Assembly (NCBI GenBank): GCA_965205865.1
Contig: CBDBHR010000028.1
Location: 544,001-608,000, forward strand
Length of the DNA stretch: 64,000 nucleotides
Direction: 5' to 3'
DNA from: a bacterium
Lineage (GTDB): Bacteria > SAR324 > NAC60-12
Shown in pieces: positions 50,299 to 60,800 of the stretch; the stretch's first letter is position 1; each line of letters starts with the position of its first letter. The notes beneath the pieces were generated by a model. It searched no databases. It was given only the letters and a program-made list of their open reading frames with translations, and was not told the origin of the DNA. The position numbers and the translations under genes are program-made.

Positions 50299-52035
50299 CA
50301 GGCTGTTGCAGATTTTATTTGCTTTTTCCAGGTGGATTTTGCTACACTTTTCATAGTCTAGTATCTGGTTTGAGTCCACTTTTCATATAACCATAGTAAA
50401 AATGGATTTCTATTATGGGTTTTCTGAGTAATGATCGTTCCACCCTCCAATTATCCACCACCGATTTGAACCACTTGATCCCGGATAACGATAAATGCCG
50501 TTTTGTGGTAGATTTCGTTTCCCGCTTGGATTTATCCTCGCTTTATGGCTCCTACAAATCGCAAGGGGGGGATGCCTATGATCCGGCGATTCTGTTAGCG
50601 ACCTGGTTTTATGCCTACAGTGAAGGCATTGAGAGTAGTCGTGTTTTGGAGAAACTTTGTAAACGCGATCTTTGTTATATCTATGTTTCAGCGCATCTGA
50701 CCCCCGACCACTGTGCCTTGAGCCGGTTCCGTCGTCGTCATTTGCAACGCCTGCCCTTCTATTTTGAGCAATTGATTCAAATGGCCATTGATCAGCAGGT
50801 CTCCGGTTTCGCTGAAATAAACCTTGACGGTTCGAAGCTGAAAACCTCTGCCAGTAAGAAACGCTCGAAAAATGCAGAACAATTAGAACGTCTTTTAGAA
50901 AAAACGCGTCAATCGATCGCCTCCCCTCTAAATTGCGAGTCTGAAGATCATCAAGGCGATGAAGAAGACTTAGCCGCCCTTCGTGGCGAAAAAGCCCGTC
51001 TTGAGCAATTCGAAGCAACGATTCTCCAATCTCAGCAAGATCTTCAAGCGCGTCAGCAAACCCTCAAACCCGAACATCGGGATGGCCATAAGATCAATCT
51101 GACCGATGCCGACGCACGCATGATGCCCTCGATTAACACACCCGGTTATAATGTGCAGGCAGCCGTCGATCGTGCCACTCATCTGATTGTGGCCGCTGAG
51201 GTGGTCTGCGAAGCCAACGATACCCAACAATTTGCGCCGATGCATCAACAGGCAGAAACCCACCTTCCCGAAGATCGGCAACGTCGTTATAATATGGATG
51301 CCGGTTATCATAGTTTTGAGCAACTCAACTATATCGAGCAGCATCAGATTGATGCCGTCATTGCCGACCCGCAACCGCAAAATAGAGCCAACCCTCTCCA
51401 GCCGACCCCCCTGGAAGAATTACTGCAAAACGATCGAAAGCTCGAACGTTCTGATTTTTTCTTCGATGCAAAAAATGATGTCTATCAGTGTCCCAATGGG
51501 CAACAGCTCTCCTTTCAGCGTAACTTCAAGCGGGGCCAGGCCCAAGGGAGCACCTATCAGGCCCCATCCTGTGAAGATTGTCCCCTCGCTCAGCGGTGTC
51601 TGCCCCCGAAGAATCGCTCGCGACTCAAACAGATCCATCGCCAAGAGCGCGAGCCCTACGCCGAAGCCATGCGCAATAAATTGCAAACCCCAGAAGCCAA
51701 ACAACGACTCAAAACGCGCATGAGTACCGTCGAACCGGTCTTCGGCAACTTGAAGGCCAATCTCGGTTTTACCTCATTTCGATTTCGAGGGCAGAGACAA
51801 GTCAAAGGCGAATTTATGCTCATGGCCATTGCTCACAACCTCAATATTCTCTATCGCCTCCTTGAGGTGATTCGATTGATTCGCTTTCTCTACGCTTCAT
51901 ACGCAAAGGTTTATATGATTCTAACAATTTTAAAGATCAAAAACCATTTCATCATTATGATGAGAATTGGGATCATACCCCGTTCTCACTGATTGTATGA
52001 CCCGTTATGCAGGCAAAAAAATCTGCAACAGCCTG
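50299..52035 (+). mobile_element. complete 1737-bp IS1182-family element, TSD TTTC
   Basis: TIR CAGGCTGTTGCAGATTTT / AAAATCTGCAACAGCCTG; TTTC at 50295-50298 and 52036-52039. Confidence 0.92.
50415..51992 (+). CDS. IS1182-family transposase
   Basis: AYDP, SSR.LE, PDH..LSRFR, LDGSK, TDADAR, GYNVQ, DAGY, YQCP.G, VEPVFG.LK. Confidence 0.92.
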   Translation: MGFLSNDRSTLQLSTTDLNHLIPDNDKCRFVVDFVSRLDLSSLYGSYKSQGGDAYDPAILLATWFYAYSEGIESSRVLEKLCKRDLCYIYVSAHLTPDHCALSRFRRRHLQRLPFYFEQLIQMAIDQQVSGFAEINLDGSKLKTSASKKRSKNAEQLERLLEKTRQSIASPLNCESEDHQGDEEDLAALRGEKARLEQFEATILQSQQDLQARQQTLKPEHRDGHKINLTDADARMMPSINTPGYNVQAAVDRATHLIVAAEVVCEANDTQQFAPMHQQAETHLPEDRQRRYNMDAGYHSFEQLNYIEQHQIDAVIADPQPQNRANPLQPTPLEELLQNDRKLERSDFFFDAKNDVYQCPNGQQLSFQRNFKRGQAQGSTYQAPSCEDCPLAQRCLPPKNRSRLKQIHRQEREPYAEAMRNKLQTPEAKQRLKTRMSTVEPVFGNLKANLGFTSFRFRGQRQVKGEFMLMAIAHNLNILYRLLEVIRLIRFLYASYAKVYMILTILKIKNHFIIMMRIGIIPRSH

Positions 52036-52364
52036 TTTCGTAGGAATGACAAGGTTTCTCTAAGATATGAATATTTCATAACATATTGAATTTATTAAAT
52101 TCTTATCTCGAACTCAGGTTAATTGAAGTGCGAACTGTGGGATTGAATACTGGAGGCGCTACGACCAGGACGATGGGGCGTTTGGCATCCAGGATGGAGA
52201 GATGCGACGCTTTGTCGTCTCTGCCTACGACCCGGCGCATTGGAAAAGACAGGGGAAAGAGATATTTGAGGTCGGGGAATGGCCCTTTTTATTGCGCAAA
52301 TCCAAACATTCATAAAACCATATATGCCATCATCGCCTGCAACAACTGTCAGTTGGCTTCTTGG

Positions 52365-52718
52365 TTACGGGCTACGGCGAATCCTTACCCTACCTGATGA
52401 AATGACACTGAAAGCATTCAGCAGTTCGTCGTCTTGATGGGCAAACACAGCCGATACAATTCTTGCTTTGGTCCGTGGAGACAACCCCGCCAGGCGTAAG
52501 AGTACAACACCAGCGTGTATTCGTCCCAAGCGGAAAACGAGCTCACCAAAGTCCTTATCCGCCGTGATCAGCAATGCGCTATTTTGGTTCGCCCTACTTA
52601 ATACGGTATCATCATCAATGCTCGGACTTAACTCCGCAATGTATAACACAGTATGACTATCCTGCCGCAGGCGATCAACGATGGGTTTATCAACACTTTC
52701 ATCAACGAGCAAATTCAT
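52365..52718 (-). CDS. DUF5615 PIN-like toxin
   Basis: LLVDE.V, DD.VL..A, LITADKDFGEL, GVVLLR. Confidence 0.88.
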   Translation of the reverse strand: MNLLVDESVDKPIVDRLRQDSHTVLYIAELSPSIDDDTVLSRANQNSALLITADKDFGELVFRLGRIHAGVVLLRLAGLSPRTKARIVSAVFAHQDDELLNAFSVISSGRVRIRRSP

Positions 52719-52951
52719 GTAGTTTGCTCGACAATTGGATAAATAACATCAGCACGCAGGGTCTGAGCCGCAAAATTCAAGGCAGCCAGAACACATTCCC
52801 TGGTCAAACGGGGATGAGCCTCAAGGAGTTGATCAATCGTTTCACCTGCGGCGAGTTTTTCTAAAATTAATTCAACAGGAATGCGTGTTCCTGCGATGAC
52901 GGGCTTCCCCATCATCACTGAAGGATCCGATTGAATGAGTTTGGTATCCAT
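52715..52951 (-). CDS. DUF433 antitoxin
   Basis: DP.VM.GKPVIAGTRIPVE.ILE.LAAG.T...L...P.L. Confidence 0.92.
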   Translation of the reverse strand: MDTKLIQSDPSVMMGKPVIAGTRIPVELILEKLAAGETIDQLLEAHPRLTRECVLAALNFAAQTLRADVIYPIVEQTT

Positions 52952-53093
52952 GTCTCTTACCTCAATTTCCGCTCTAAAGATTATAGCTGCAAAGTCGTTC
53001 TATTTCATAAACAAATTGGCTTAAATGAAATTCCTATGGGAGATTTCTATCTGCACGATTTGTGGACTGATATAATTGGATTATCGGTTAATA

Positions 53094-53357
53094 TCAGGTT
53101 GACTTTCTTCCTCTTCCCTGAGCTATTGGACCAGGATTTGCTTCTTTGATCGCTTCCAGGGAATTCTCGGGTTTCTTTTCCCCATACGCATTTTCTAATG
53201 CCCGTTGTGAAAAGCGCAGCTGCTCGTCTTGCTCGTCATCACGAGACTGCTTTGGGAGGACGAAGACAAGCAACCGGGTATCTGGTTCTAGTTGACATGG
53301 CTCGTCCAGGTAAATCTGCTCTCCATCAAAGTGTGCCCGCATTGTTCGAGGATTCAT
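53094..53357 (-). CDS. small antitoxin-like hypothetical protein
   Basis: AHFDGEQI.LDEP..LEP.TRL.V.V pattern typical of small TA-associated proteins. Confidence 0.5.
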   Translation of the reverse strand: MNPRTMRAHFDGEQIYLDEPCQLEPDTRLLVFVLPKQSRDDEQDEQLRFSQRALENAYGEKKPENSLEAIKEANPGPIAQGRGRKST

Positions 53358-53558
53358 ACACTCTTTCTAGATCAATATCGTCGCCCAACGGCTTCGGCTT
53401 CATGCAAGTTTTCCCTTCATTCCCAAGACTTCAGAATATGTCTATCAGGTATAAAAGTTCTTAAACCTTCCTTTTTATGGAGTAGAGTAGGCATAAGAAA
53501 AAGCCTGACTCTGCAACGATCTGATCCTCAAATTCACCGCATAAGAAAATCAAAATTA

Positions 53559-53595
53559 CCCATGACGATAACATTTGAAAATGGGTGCGTAAAGT
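53559..53595 (+). repeat. 37-bp dispersed repeat, copy 2
   Basis: One mismatch to 44670-44706. Confidence 0.85.
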
Positions 53596-53731
53596 GAAAC
53601 CCAACGCCTCAACTACGAGTCGCCCAATAAATGGTTCGCATGAGGTGTAATTCCTCGTAACTGATTTTCTGGTTAAACGCATCAAAAACCGGGCGTAGAA
53701 AGTCAGGTCCGAGCGAGTCGAAGGTCTCCAA

Positions 53732-53817
53732 GAAGGGGTCAGGCCATTAATTAAATGAAAAGGGAGCAAAAAAACTAGACTCGTTCCTAATCAATTAATC
53801 ATAGGTCTGACCCTTTT
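53732..53817. repeat. inverted REP-like pair
   Basis: AAGGGGTCAGGCC.TTAATT ... AATTAA.CATAGGTCTGACCCTTT. Confidence 0.6.
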
Positions 53818-53957
53818 TCGAATGCGTATGTTGCGCCGCGTACTCCCCGCCGGTCCCGGATGTCACAGAAAGTGTCTACCTTTGCGTCCTGTAGTGCCCG
53901 GAAGAAACCAGTTTCATCAAACCCGTATACGCCGATGGTGACAATTTTAGGGTTCAT
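53799..53957 (-). pseudogene. truncated second DUF488-like gene
   Basis: IVTIGVYG.....FF..L....VDTFCDIR, cut by the REP-like pair. Confidence 0.7.
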
Positions 53958-54504
53958 CTTCACTCCGAGGGTATCGCTTGCGCGAGCGGAACGTCGGTTC
54001 ACCAAACAGAGAGAGTTGACCGCCAGTCAGCCGGTCGATGATTTCAGCTTGGGAGCGGAGGGCATCATTTTCGTCAATGTGAATGACAGGTATCTCTCCA
54101 TCCGTCAAGGTCACACCGATCAGCTTGCTCCGGTGGCACTCCTCCGGTTTTCCCTCACTACACATAAGGGCGACCCGCCGATGTTGAGAAAAAGCGGTGT
54201 GGATACGGTGAATCCCATCCGCGTAAAAGTGCGTTGCTTTGACCTTTACGTAATCCACGACTCCGTTCACGTAACAATTTTCATCACCAGGCTGCCCGCC
54301 GAGCGTATCGCCCATGAACAAATAGCGAATGCCGTGTCTCTGTAGTTCGTCCGCTAGTTCCTCTTTGGAAAACTCCGGCTTATACCGCGAATAAGGTGCC
54401 GAACGCACATCGACAAGATACGCAATATCATATCGCTGTAGCGCCTTTACAAACTGTTCAATGGAACGGCTTCCGTAACCGATGGTGTAAATCGGAATGG
54501 TCAT
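53947..54504 (-). CDS. DUF488-domain protein
   Basis: IYTIGY..RSIE.F, LVDVRS.PYSR, LGG.P, ALMCSE..P.ECHR. Confidence 0.9.
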   Translation of the reverse strand: MTIPIYTIGYGSRSIEQFVKALQRYDIAYLVDVRSAPYSRYKPEFSKEELADELQRHGIRYLFMGDTLGGQPGDENCYVNGVVDYVKVKATHFYADGIHRIHTAFSQHRRVALMCSEGKPEECHRSKLIGVTLTDGEIPVIHIDENDALRSQAEIIDRLTGGQLSLFGEPTFRSRKRYPRSEDEP

Positions 54505-54909
54505 ATCGTGAAATACCTTTTGGTGGCAGAAACCGTTAGGGCGGGGGAACCCCGCCTTCAATGATTAAATAATCGGAGATAACTGGTACATCCAAGATTT
54601 ACCCTATTTTCTCTGCGATTTCGTTGACGGGTTGAAATGGCCTCTTTACATCTGAAGGTGGAATAGGAATAACCGCATCAATGTACGGTATTCAGACCTC
54701 TACTTACCCGATTATCTCTTGATGGGTTGACATATTGCGCAAGTTATGAAGCAATTTCACCTGAAGTTAAAAGAATGGACTGATACAAGTGGCCTGGCGG
54801 GCTCATTCAAACGCTGCGCCAAGTTCCGCGCAACCAGTACTTGACGGTGACCGAACCCACTCAGCGATAGCGCCTTGGTCACTGCTGTCCGCTGCATTTT
54901 CTTGTCTTC

Positions 54910-56184
54910 TCAGAAGAAGACAAAGGACCGGACCACGACATTCTTCCGGCAGGGAGCGTCTTCGGGCGCAGCTGGGTCGATACAGGCAGAGTGAAAAGAC
55001 CAACGAGACACGGAACCGTCGGTGACAGAGTCGTAGCACTTGAGCATCGAAACTTCAGTGGGCTTTTGCTCGGGAAACCAGTACCACTCGTGGTCGGGGC
55101 GGTAGGTAAAGCGGGTGGTCTCGCCGACACGATCGTCGTAGATGCGGTAGTTGGTGATGTAAGGCTGGTCAGCGAATGAGGGCCAGGCACAGAGTACGAA
55201 GGGGTTCTGACGCACCGTCCGCATCGGCTTGGCGAGGTTGATCGACATGAAGCGCCGTGACATCTTCGCCTTGGCCTGCTCCTCCGTGTTGTGCTGCTCG
55301 CGCCCGAAGTTCCGCAGGTTTTTCGTGAGCAACTCGCGGCAGCGCATACGACCGCTGTTGTCGTTCAGGTCGTTGTGCACAATATTGGCATAGTTTGCAT
55401 TCACCCCCGGGTTTTTGTTGTCCTGGTCCTCCATGCGGTCGCCCTCGTAATCCTGGTCAAACACGTCGTGGTTGTACACGAGCGCATCCGTCGCGTCCGG
55501 GAAAAAATCCAGGAGGAGTTTCTCCATCTCCGAATAGAACACGCTTTCCACCTCCACCGCGTCGTAGAAGTTCTCGCACTTGGACTCGCAGTGACCCAGC
55601 GCGAGGCCAAGCTTGTCCATACACTCGGGGCTGTTGGGCGAGAGACCTGGATAGTACTCCTCCATTCGCCGCGCGTCGCGTAACACCTGTGGAAAATAGA
55701 GGCATCTCCGATTGATCTCCTGCTCTTCCTTACGCAACGCAGTTGCCTCGGCCTTGCGGGCCGGGTCCCGCCAAAGCGCGTTGGAAGAGACGATGGAGAA
55801 AGACGGCCGCTCGTAGACGGTGTAACGTAGTGGAAGCGCAACACCACCTTCAGGGGCTTTGATGTTGTTCGCCCGAATATAGTCCAGACACTCTGAGTGG
55901 GTACGAAACCCGAATCCCCACTTAGTCTCGATGGGACCAGGGGGAGCGTTGTCGAGCATATCGATAACCTCCGGCCCCTCCCCCTCTAAAATCTGGCGGA
56001 GCGCCGCTTCCGTGGCCTCAGCAGTTCCTGCATCCCCATCCCGATCGAACGACATGTAAGACAACCCCCCGTTCTCAGCGATGGGTGGTGGCTGCCCTTC
56101 CGTAAGTTGAAGGGGAGGTATATAGACCGACGAAGCTGTCTCCACTGCATCCTGATACGCGATATTATTTTTAAACTTGTCCAT
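54910..56184 (-). CDS. CmcJ/NvfI-like oxidoreductase with a long N-terminal extension
   Basis: VHND, H.WYWFP.Q.P.EV..LKCYDS, HSA..DP..P.DAP.R..V.VR..VFF. Confidence 0.7.
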   Translation of the reverse strand: MDKFKNNIAYQDAVETASSVYIPPLQLTEGQPPPIAENGGLSYMSFDRDGDAGTAEATEAALRQILEGEGPEVIDMLDNAPPGPIETKWGFGFRTHSECLDYIRANNIKAPEGGVALPLRYTVYERPSFSIVSSNALWRDPARKAEATALRKEEQEINRRCLYFPQVLRDARRMEEYYPGLSPNSPECMDKLGLALGHCESKCENFYDAVEVESVFYSEMEKLLLDFFPDATDALVYNHDVFDQDYEGDRMEDQDNKNPGVNANYANIVHNDLNDNSGRMRCRELLTKNLRNFGREQHNTEEQAKAKMSRRFMSINLAKPMRTVRQNPFVLCAWPSFADQPYITNYRIYDDRVGETTRFTYRPDHEWYWFPEQKPTEVSMLKCYDSVTDGSVSRWSFHSACIDPAAPEDAPCRKNVVVRSFVFF

Positions 56185-56337
56185 AGTGTATCCTCCGGTT
56201 AAATTCACCCCATCTTAGCTCACGGGGCTTGTAATTCTCAAGGCTCATTTTTATTAATGAAAATGATAAGATAAATGATGCTAAGAGAAATAAAGAACCA
56301 ACTCATCCTGACCCGAAAAAGGTCAAAAATCAAGACA

Positions 56338-56411
56338 TGCGCGTATTCCGCTCACTTCGATCACTGGTTCCGGCCACTTCGATTACTGATTCCGCTAGAC
56401 TTCGATCACCC
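56338..56411 (+). mobile_element. orphan IS21-family end
   Basis: TG-initiated, three TTCCG....CTTCGAT(C/T)AC direct repeats typical of IS21 termini. Confidence 0.7.
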
Positions 56412-56492
56412 CTCATGTCGGCTTTCGGGACCACGAATAGTAGGCTGGTTAGAAATTTTTTCATTTTCCTTTTGACAGATGCTTTCTTAGTA

Positions 56493-56654
56493 GTTCATGA
56501 GTCGTAAGTTCTCGTAACTCATTGATATTATTGAGTCCGTGATAAACACTTTGTCATTCTCGCGAAAGCGGGAATCCAGCTTATTTTCAAGGGCTTACGC
56601 AGACTGGATCCCGGATCAAGTCCGGGATGACATAAGAACTCACCACTGACGAGT
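56493..56654. mobile_element. 162-bp MITE-like element with REP-like core, flanked by TAGTA
   Basis: Imperfect 20-bp TIR; GTCATTCTCGCGAAAGCGGGAATCC...GGATCCCGGATCAAGTCCGGGATGAC at 56553-56631. Confidence 0.65.
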
Positions 56655-56958
56655 TAGTAGGGATAATCAAAAATATTGCTACAGTCAATATCATTTGAAA
56701 ATAAGTGTGTAAAGAGAAATTTACGAGAGAATTTTTTTAGCAAGTTTCTTAGAGGGGTGGATAGCCTGTTGAATGTTTTAGCGTTTTTGCTCTGTACCGG
56801 TTTAAAACGAGCTGATTTCAGAAGCCACCTCTCTTTGCCGGGTCCGGATCCCCGGCATCCCTTTTCGATAGGTTGACAAATATCTTCAATGTGGGATACA
56901 CTGTAAATTATTTTCATTCCACTAACAAAAATAAATGTGAATTATCGAGGAGATTATC

Positions 56959-57894
56959 ATGGAACAACCAAAATTTGAAAGCACCGTCAATCCCCGTAAA
57001 TCAACTGCCCTGTTTGCTAAATGGGGTGTGCTTGCAGTAGTAGTACTTGTTGTCTTGTACACCATCATCTTAGGCATTTATACAATCGAAGAAGGCCATG
57101 TAGGCATCGTCAAACGTTGGGGGAAAGCGGTCTCCGCCGTCGAACCTGGTTTGAATTTCAAAATGCCATACATGGAAACCGTCGAAGAGATCGAAATTCG
57201 CGCTCGCAAGAATGAAGAAGTGTTGGCCGCTTCTACTTCCGAGACGATGCCGATCACGGCCACAGTCTCGATCAACTGGGCCGTCATTAAAGAACAGGCC
57301 TTGGACATGTATGTGAATTATGGCGGGTTGTCTCAGTTTGAGAGCCGTATCCTCGACCCCCGACTGCGCTCGGCAACGAAAGAAGCGATCGCCAAACATC
57401 CGGCCGATAGGATCATTCAGCAACGAGAAGTGATTATCGGCGATATCCAAACATCTCTGAACAAGACCATGCATGGGTTTCCAGTCGAACTGGATTCGGT
57501 ACAGCTGGAAAATTTGAAACTACCGGAAAATTATTTGCAGGCCATTGGAGAGAAGCAGCGAGAAAAAGAACTGGCCAAAGCCGAAGAACACCGCTTGACC
57601 AAACAGCAACACACGGCGCAACAGGCTGTCAATACGGCCAATGCGGACCGAGATTCTCAGAGAGCCAGAGCCGATGGAATGGCTTATGAGATCAATACGA
57701 TAGCCGAAGCGGAAGCCACGGCCATCAAATTGAGAGGCGCGGCGGAAGCGGAAGCCATTGAAAAGAAAGCCCAAGCCATTGCCACCAATCTTACCTTGGT
57801 GGAATATACCCGAGCTTTGAACTGGGATGGAAAATTGCCCGTCACGGTGATGGGCGAAGGGACCAACATCCTCTGGGGCATGGGAACTCAGTGA
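56959..57894 (+). CDS. SPFH/prohibitin (band 7) protein
   Basis: TM helix, GHVGIVKRWG, EPGLNFK.PY, AEA-rich coiled coil, WDGKLP. Confidence 0.92.
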   Translation: MEQPKFESTVNPRKSTALFAKWGVLAVVVLVVLYTIILGIYTIEEGHVGIVKRWGKAVSAVEPGLNFKMPYMETVEEIEIRARKNEEVLAASTSETMPITATVSINWAVIKEQALDMYVNYGGLSQFESRILDPRLRSATKEAIAKHPADRIIQQREVIIGDIQTSLNKTMHGFPVELDSVQLENLKLPENYLQAIGEKQREKELAKAEEHRLTKQQHTAQQAVNTANADRDSQRARADGMAYEINTIAEAEATAIKLRGAAEAEAIEKKAQAIATNLTLVEYTRALNWDGKLPVTVMGEGTNILWGMGTQ

Positions 57895-57959
57895 CAATCT
57901 TAAAATTCCGAAAATTCTGAAAAACTCAATCTGTCATTATCCGTCCACATATAAATCTC

Positions 57960-59162
57960 ATGAAGACCTCTGATATTTTTGAATTGGAGTGCCATGTGAT
58001 GCATTATGACTGGGGGAAAAAAGGGAAATCTTCCTTGGTTGCCCGTTTGTTGAGGGAACGTACGATTGATCCTGCAATGCCTTATGCCGAGTTGTGGATG
58101 GGAGCGCATGCCAATGCTCCCTCTCGTGTCAAAATTGGAGACGGTATCCTGCTCTCGCAGGTATTGCGTACCAAACCGGAGCTCCTTGGTGAATATACCA
58201 GACGACGGTGGGGGGTTTTGCCTTTTCTATTCAAAGTGCTTTCCATTGCTCAACCTCTCTCTATTCAAATGCACCCTGACAAAGATTGGGCCGAATCTCT
58301 ACATCGACTCGACCCGGCTCATTACCCGGATGCCAACCACAAACCGGAAATTGCCTTGGCTCTTTCCGGATTTAAAATGCTATATGGTTTTAAAAACAAA
58401 ACCACGCTCCTCGAGACTTGGCAGCAGTACCCTTGCCTTGCGGAATTTTTAAAAGAGGTCAATCCAACCTTGCTTGATTCCGGTCGCGCTCTTTCCATTG
58501 ATCCGCAGAAAATGCTACCTGTCTTACTGCAGCTTCCAAAAGAGAAAGGTCTGGCATTGCTGAAAGCACTTCATAACAATATCATGCAAAAAAAAGATCG
58601 CAGCGAAATGGATTATTCCTTCCTTGATTTGTATCCCCATTATCCAAGCGACCTGGGATTGTTGTTTCTTTATTTGATGCAAAAAGTCGAAGTTGCCCCT
58701 CATTCCTCTGTTTTTTTGCAGGCCAATCAGTTGCATTCCTATTTGAGCGGAGATTTGGTGGAATGCATGGCCGATTCAGACAATGTGATCCGGGCGGGCA
58801 TTACCAACAAGTTCAAAGATGTCGAACGAATGTTGTCTCGAATCTCCTACCAAGATCGACCGCCCCCCTTGCACGCCGGGATACCTGTTTCTGACCGCAT
58901 TCGGCGCTATCCGTCAGCAGCGGAAGAGTTTGAGTTGCAAACCATCCAATTGCCAGAAGGTCATTCGATCCTTCAGGAAGAAACAGACAGTCCAGCCATT
59001 TTACTGATCTTGTCGGGAAAAGGTCTGCTGAGCAGGGAAGGGATTGGTTTTGGCCTGGAATCGGGTCGGGTTCTATTTACAGGTGCTCAACTATCATATA
59101 CCTTGTGCGCCAGTGAAGCCTTGCAGGCTGTCAGGGCTTCCGTGCCGCTGCCAGGAAACTGA
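57960..59162 (+). CDS. manA: mannose-6-phosphate isomerase, class I
   Basis: YDWG, AELWMGAH, LPFLFKVL, LSIQ.HP, D.NHKPE, SDNVIRAG. Confidence 0.95.
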   Translation: MKTSDIFELECHVMHYDWGKKGKSSLVARLLRERTIDPAMPYAELWMGAHANAPSRVKIGDGILLSQVLRTKPELLGEYTRRRWGVLPFLFKVLSIAQPLSIQMHPDKDWAESLHRLDPAHYPDANHKPEIALALSGFKMLYGFKNKTTLLETWQQYPCLAEFLKEVNPTLLDSGRALSIDPQKMLPVLLQLPKEKGLALLKALHNNIMQKKDRSEMDYSFLDLYPHYPSDLGLLFLYLMQKVEVAPHSSVFLQANQLHSYLSGDLVECMADSDNVIRAGITNKFKDVERMLSRISYQDRPPPLHAGIPVSDRIRRYPSAAEEFELQTIQLPEGHSILQEETDSPAILLILSGKGLLSREGIGFGLESGRVLFTGAQLSYTLCASEALQAVRASVPLPGN

Positions 59163-59186
59163 TTCCCTTTCTTAGCCGGAGGAGAT

Positions 59187-60344
59187 TCAACGTCGTTTTT
59201 TCGCGTACAATCGTTTGACGTGAAAAAGCACCCGCTCGATCAAGTAATCTACTTCCTTTTGCCGAGTATTCCAACCCATACTCACTCGCAGGCATGCTTT
59301 TGCTTTTTGCTTATCCAAACCCATGGCCAACAAGACCGGACTGGCTTCGATCGCGCCCGAAGAACAGGCGGATCCCGTCGAAACTGCAATCTGGTCCAAG
59401 TCCAGAGAAATCAGAAGACTTTCGGCACTGAGGCCGCTCCAGCCAAAATTCAGGGTGTTGGGCAAACAAGGGGCTCGAGCTCCATTGAGAAAAAAACCAT
59501 CGGTGCCTTCAAATGCACGAATCATTTGCTCCTTAAAAGCCGTCAAGCGTTGGGCGATCGACTCTTGATGGGCCAGGACCCATGCGAGAGCTTCCGCAAA
59601 ACCGTAGGCCAGCATGACGTTTTCCGTGCCAGCCCTCCTCACACGCTCTTGTTTGCCACCTGCTATCAATCCAATCAGCAGTGTTTCTTGTTTGACGTAA
59701 AGCAGCCCGATTCCCCGGGGGCCACCAAATTTATGGGCGGTTGCAGTCGCATAATGGATTCCCCATTCCTTCCAGTTCATCGGAATTTTACCCAACCCTT
59801 GTACGCAGTCCACGTGGAACGGAATTTGACACTCCCGAGCCATGGCAGTCAAGGTGTCAATGGGCTGAATCACACCCGTTTCATTGTTGGCAGCCATGAT
59901 CGAAATCAAGCGGGTTTGCGGGCGGATAGCCGGGGTCAGGGTTTCTGGAATAACCCGACCTTCGCCATCAACCGGAAGATAGCTCACCTCAATATGTGGC
60001 ATCTTTTCCAGAATCCGGCAGGTTTCCAAAATGGAGGGATGTTCGATGCGGGAAGTGATGAGATGGACGGGTTCAACTGTCAGTAAAAACTGACGCAAAA
60101 CCGTATTGTTGCTTTCACTGCCACCGCTGGTAAAAATCAATTCTTCGGATTCGACTCCCAACAGGCTTGCCAGGCGGGCGCGTGAGGACTCGAGGAGGTC
60201 TTTCGCCACTCTGCCAGTCTGGTGGGGGCTGGATGGATTACCAAATTGATTCTGAGCGATTCGAGCCATTTTTTCCGCAAGATCCGGAAGCAAAACTGCA
60301 GTCGCATTGTAATCAAAATATGTTGGTTTTTCAGAAGAAAACAT
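59187..60344 (-). CDS. cysteine desulfurase (IscS/NifS family)
   Basis: YFDYNAT, GNPSS, NNETG, AHKFGGPRG, GSACSSG. Confidence 0.93.
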   Translation of the reverse strand: MFSSEKPTYFDYNATAVLLPDLAEKMARIAQNQFGNPSSPHQTGRVAKDLLESSRARLASLLGVESEELIFTSGGSESNNTVLRQFLLTVEPVHLITSRIEHPSILETCRILEKMPHIEVSYLPVDGEGRVIPETLTPAIRPQTRLISIMAANNETGVIQPIDTLTAMARECQIPFHVDCVQGLGKIPMNWKEWGIHYATATAHKFGGPRGIGLLYVKQETLLIGLIAGGKQERVRRAGTENVMLAYGFAEALAWVLAHQESIAQRLTAFKEQMIRAFEGTDGFFLNGARAPCLPNTLNFGWSGLSAESLLISLDLDQIAVSTGSACSSGAIEASPVLLAMGLDKQKAKACLRVSMGWNTRQKEVDYLIERVLFHVKRLYAKKRR

Positions 60345-60353
60345 CGCTCACTC

Positions 60354-60800
60354 TCACTGCTTGTCAGCATCGAAAATGACATGCTCTTGCCAATCTTGCG
60401 CATCCAAATCTTGCTCGGAAACAACTTTGCCCCTCACCGAAATCCCCGCCTTATGTACGGTATCCGGGGTTCCGGAAACCAAAGGGTGCCACCACTTCAA
60501 TTCCCGGCCCGTAGCAAGCAAGCGATACGCGCAGGTGGCAGGCATCCACTCGAATTGCCGGATGTTCTCCGCATCCAAAATCGCGCAATTGGGCACCAAT
60601 TGCATACGATTGGGATAGGACTTGCAACGGCATTGTTCCAAATCAAGCAGACGACAGGCAATATCGGTATAATAGACATTTCCCATTTGCGCGTCCGAGA
60701 ATTTATGGACGCAACAACGACCACAACCGTCACACAGAGACTCCCATTCTTCCCTGTCCATTGCGGCCAGGGATTTGGTTTTCCAAAAAGGTTCACTCAT
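60354..60800 (-). CDS. ycgN: YcgN/UPF0260 cysteine-cluster protein
   Basis: EWESLCDGCGRCC, C..Y.NR...V..C, WMP.TCAYR, WHPL. Confidence 0.92.
   Translation of the reverse strand: MSEPFWKTKSLAAMDREEWESLCDGCGRCCVHKFSDAQMGNVYYTDIACRLLDLEQCRCKSYPNRMQLVPNCAILDAENIRQFEWMPATCAYRLLATGRELKWWHPLVSGTPDTVHKAGISVRGKVVSEQDLDAQDWQEHVIFDADKQ

Larger units (their letters stand above)
50202..52119. mobile_element. second copy of the 22906-23137 MITE, interrupted by IS1182 and cut on the left by IS630
   Basis: 50202-50298 plus 52036-52119 align to the 22.9-kb MITE, including the right TIR TCGAACTCAGGT. Confidence 0.85.

Noticed and set aside
52240-52360. attC downstream of the DUF433/DUF5615 pair
   Set aside because: GCCAAC and a weak ATGGC/GCCAT stem are present on -, but there is no credible L'/R' half
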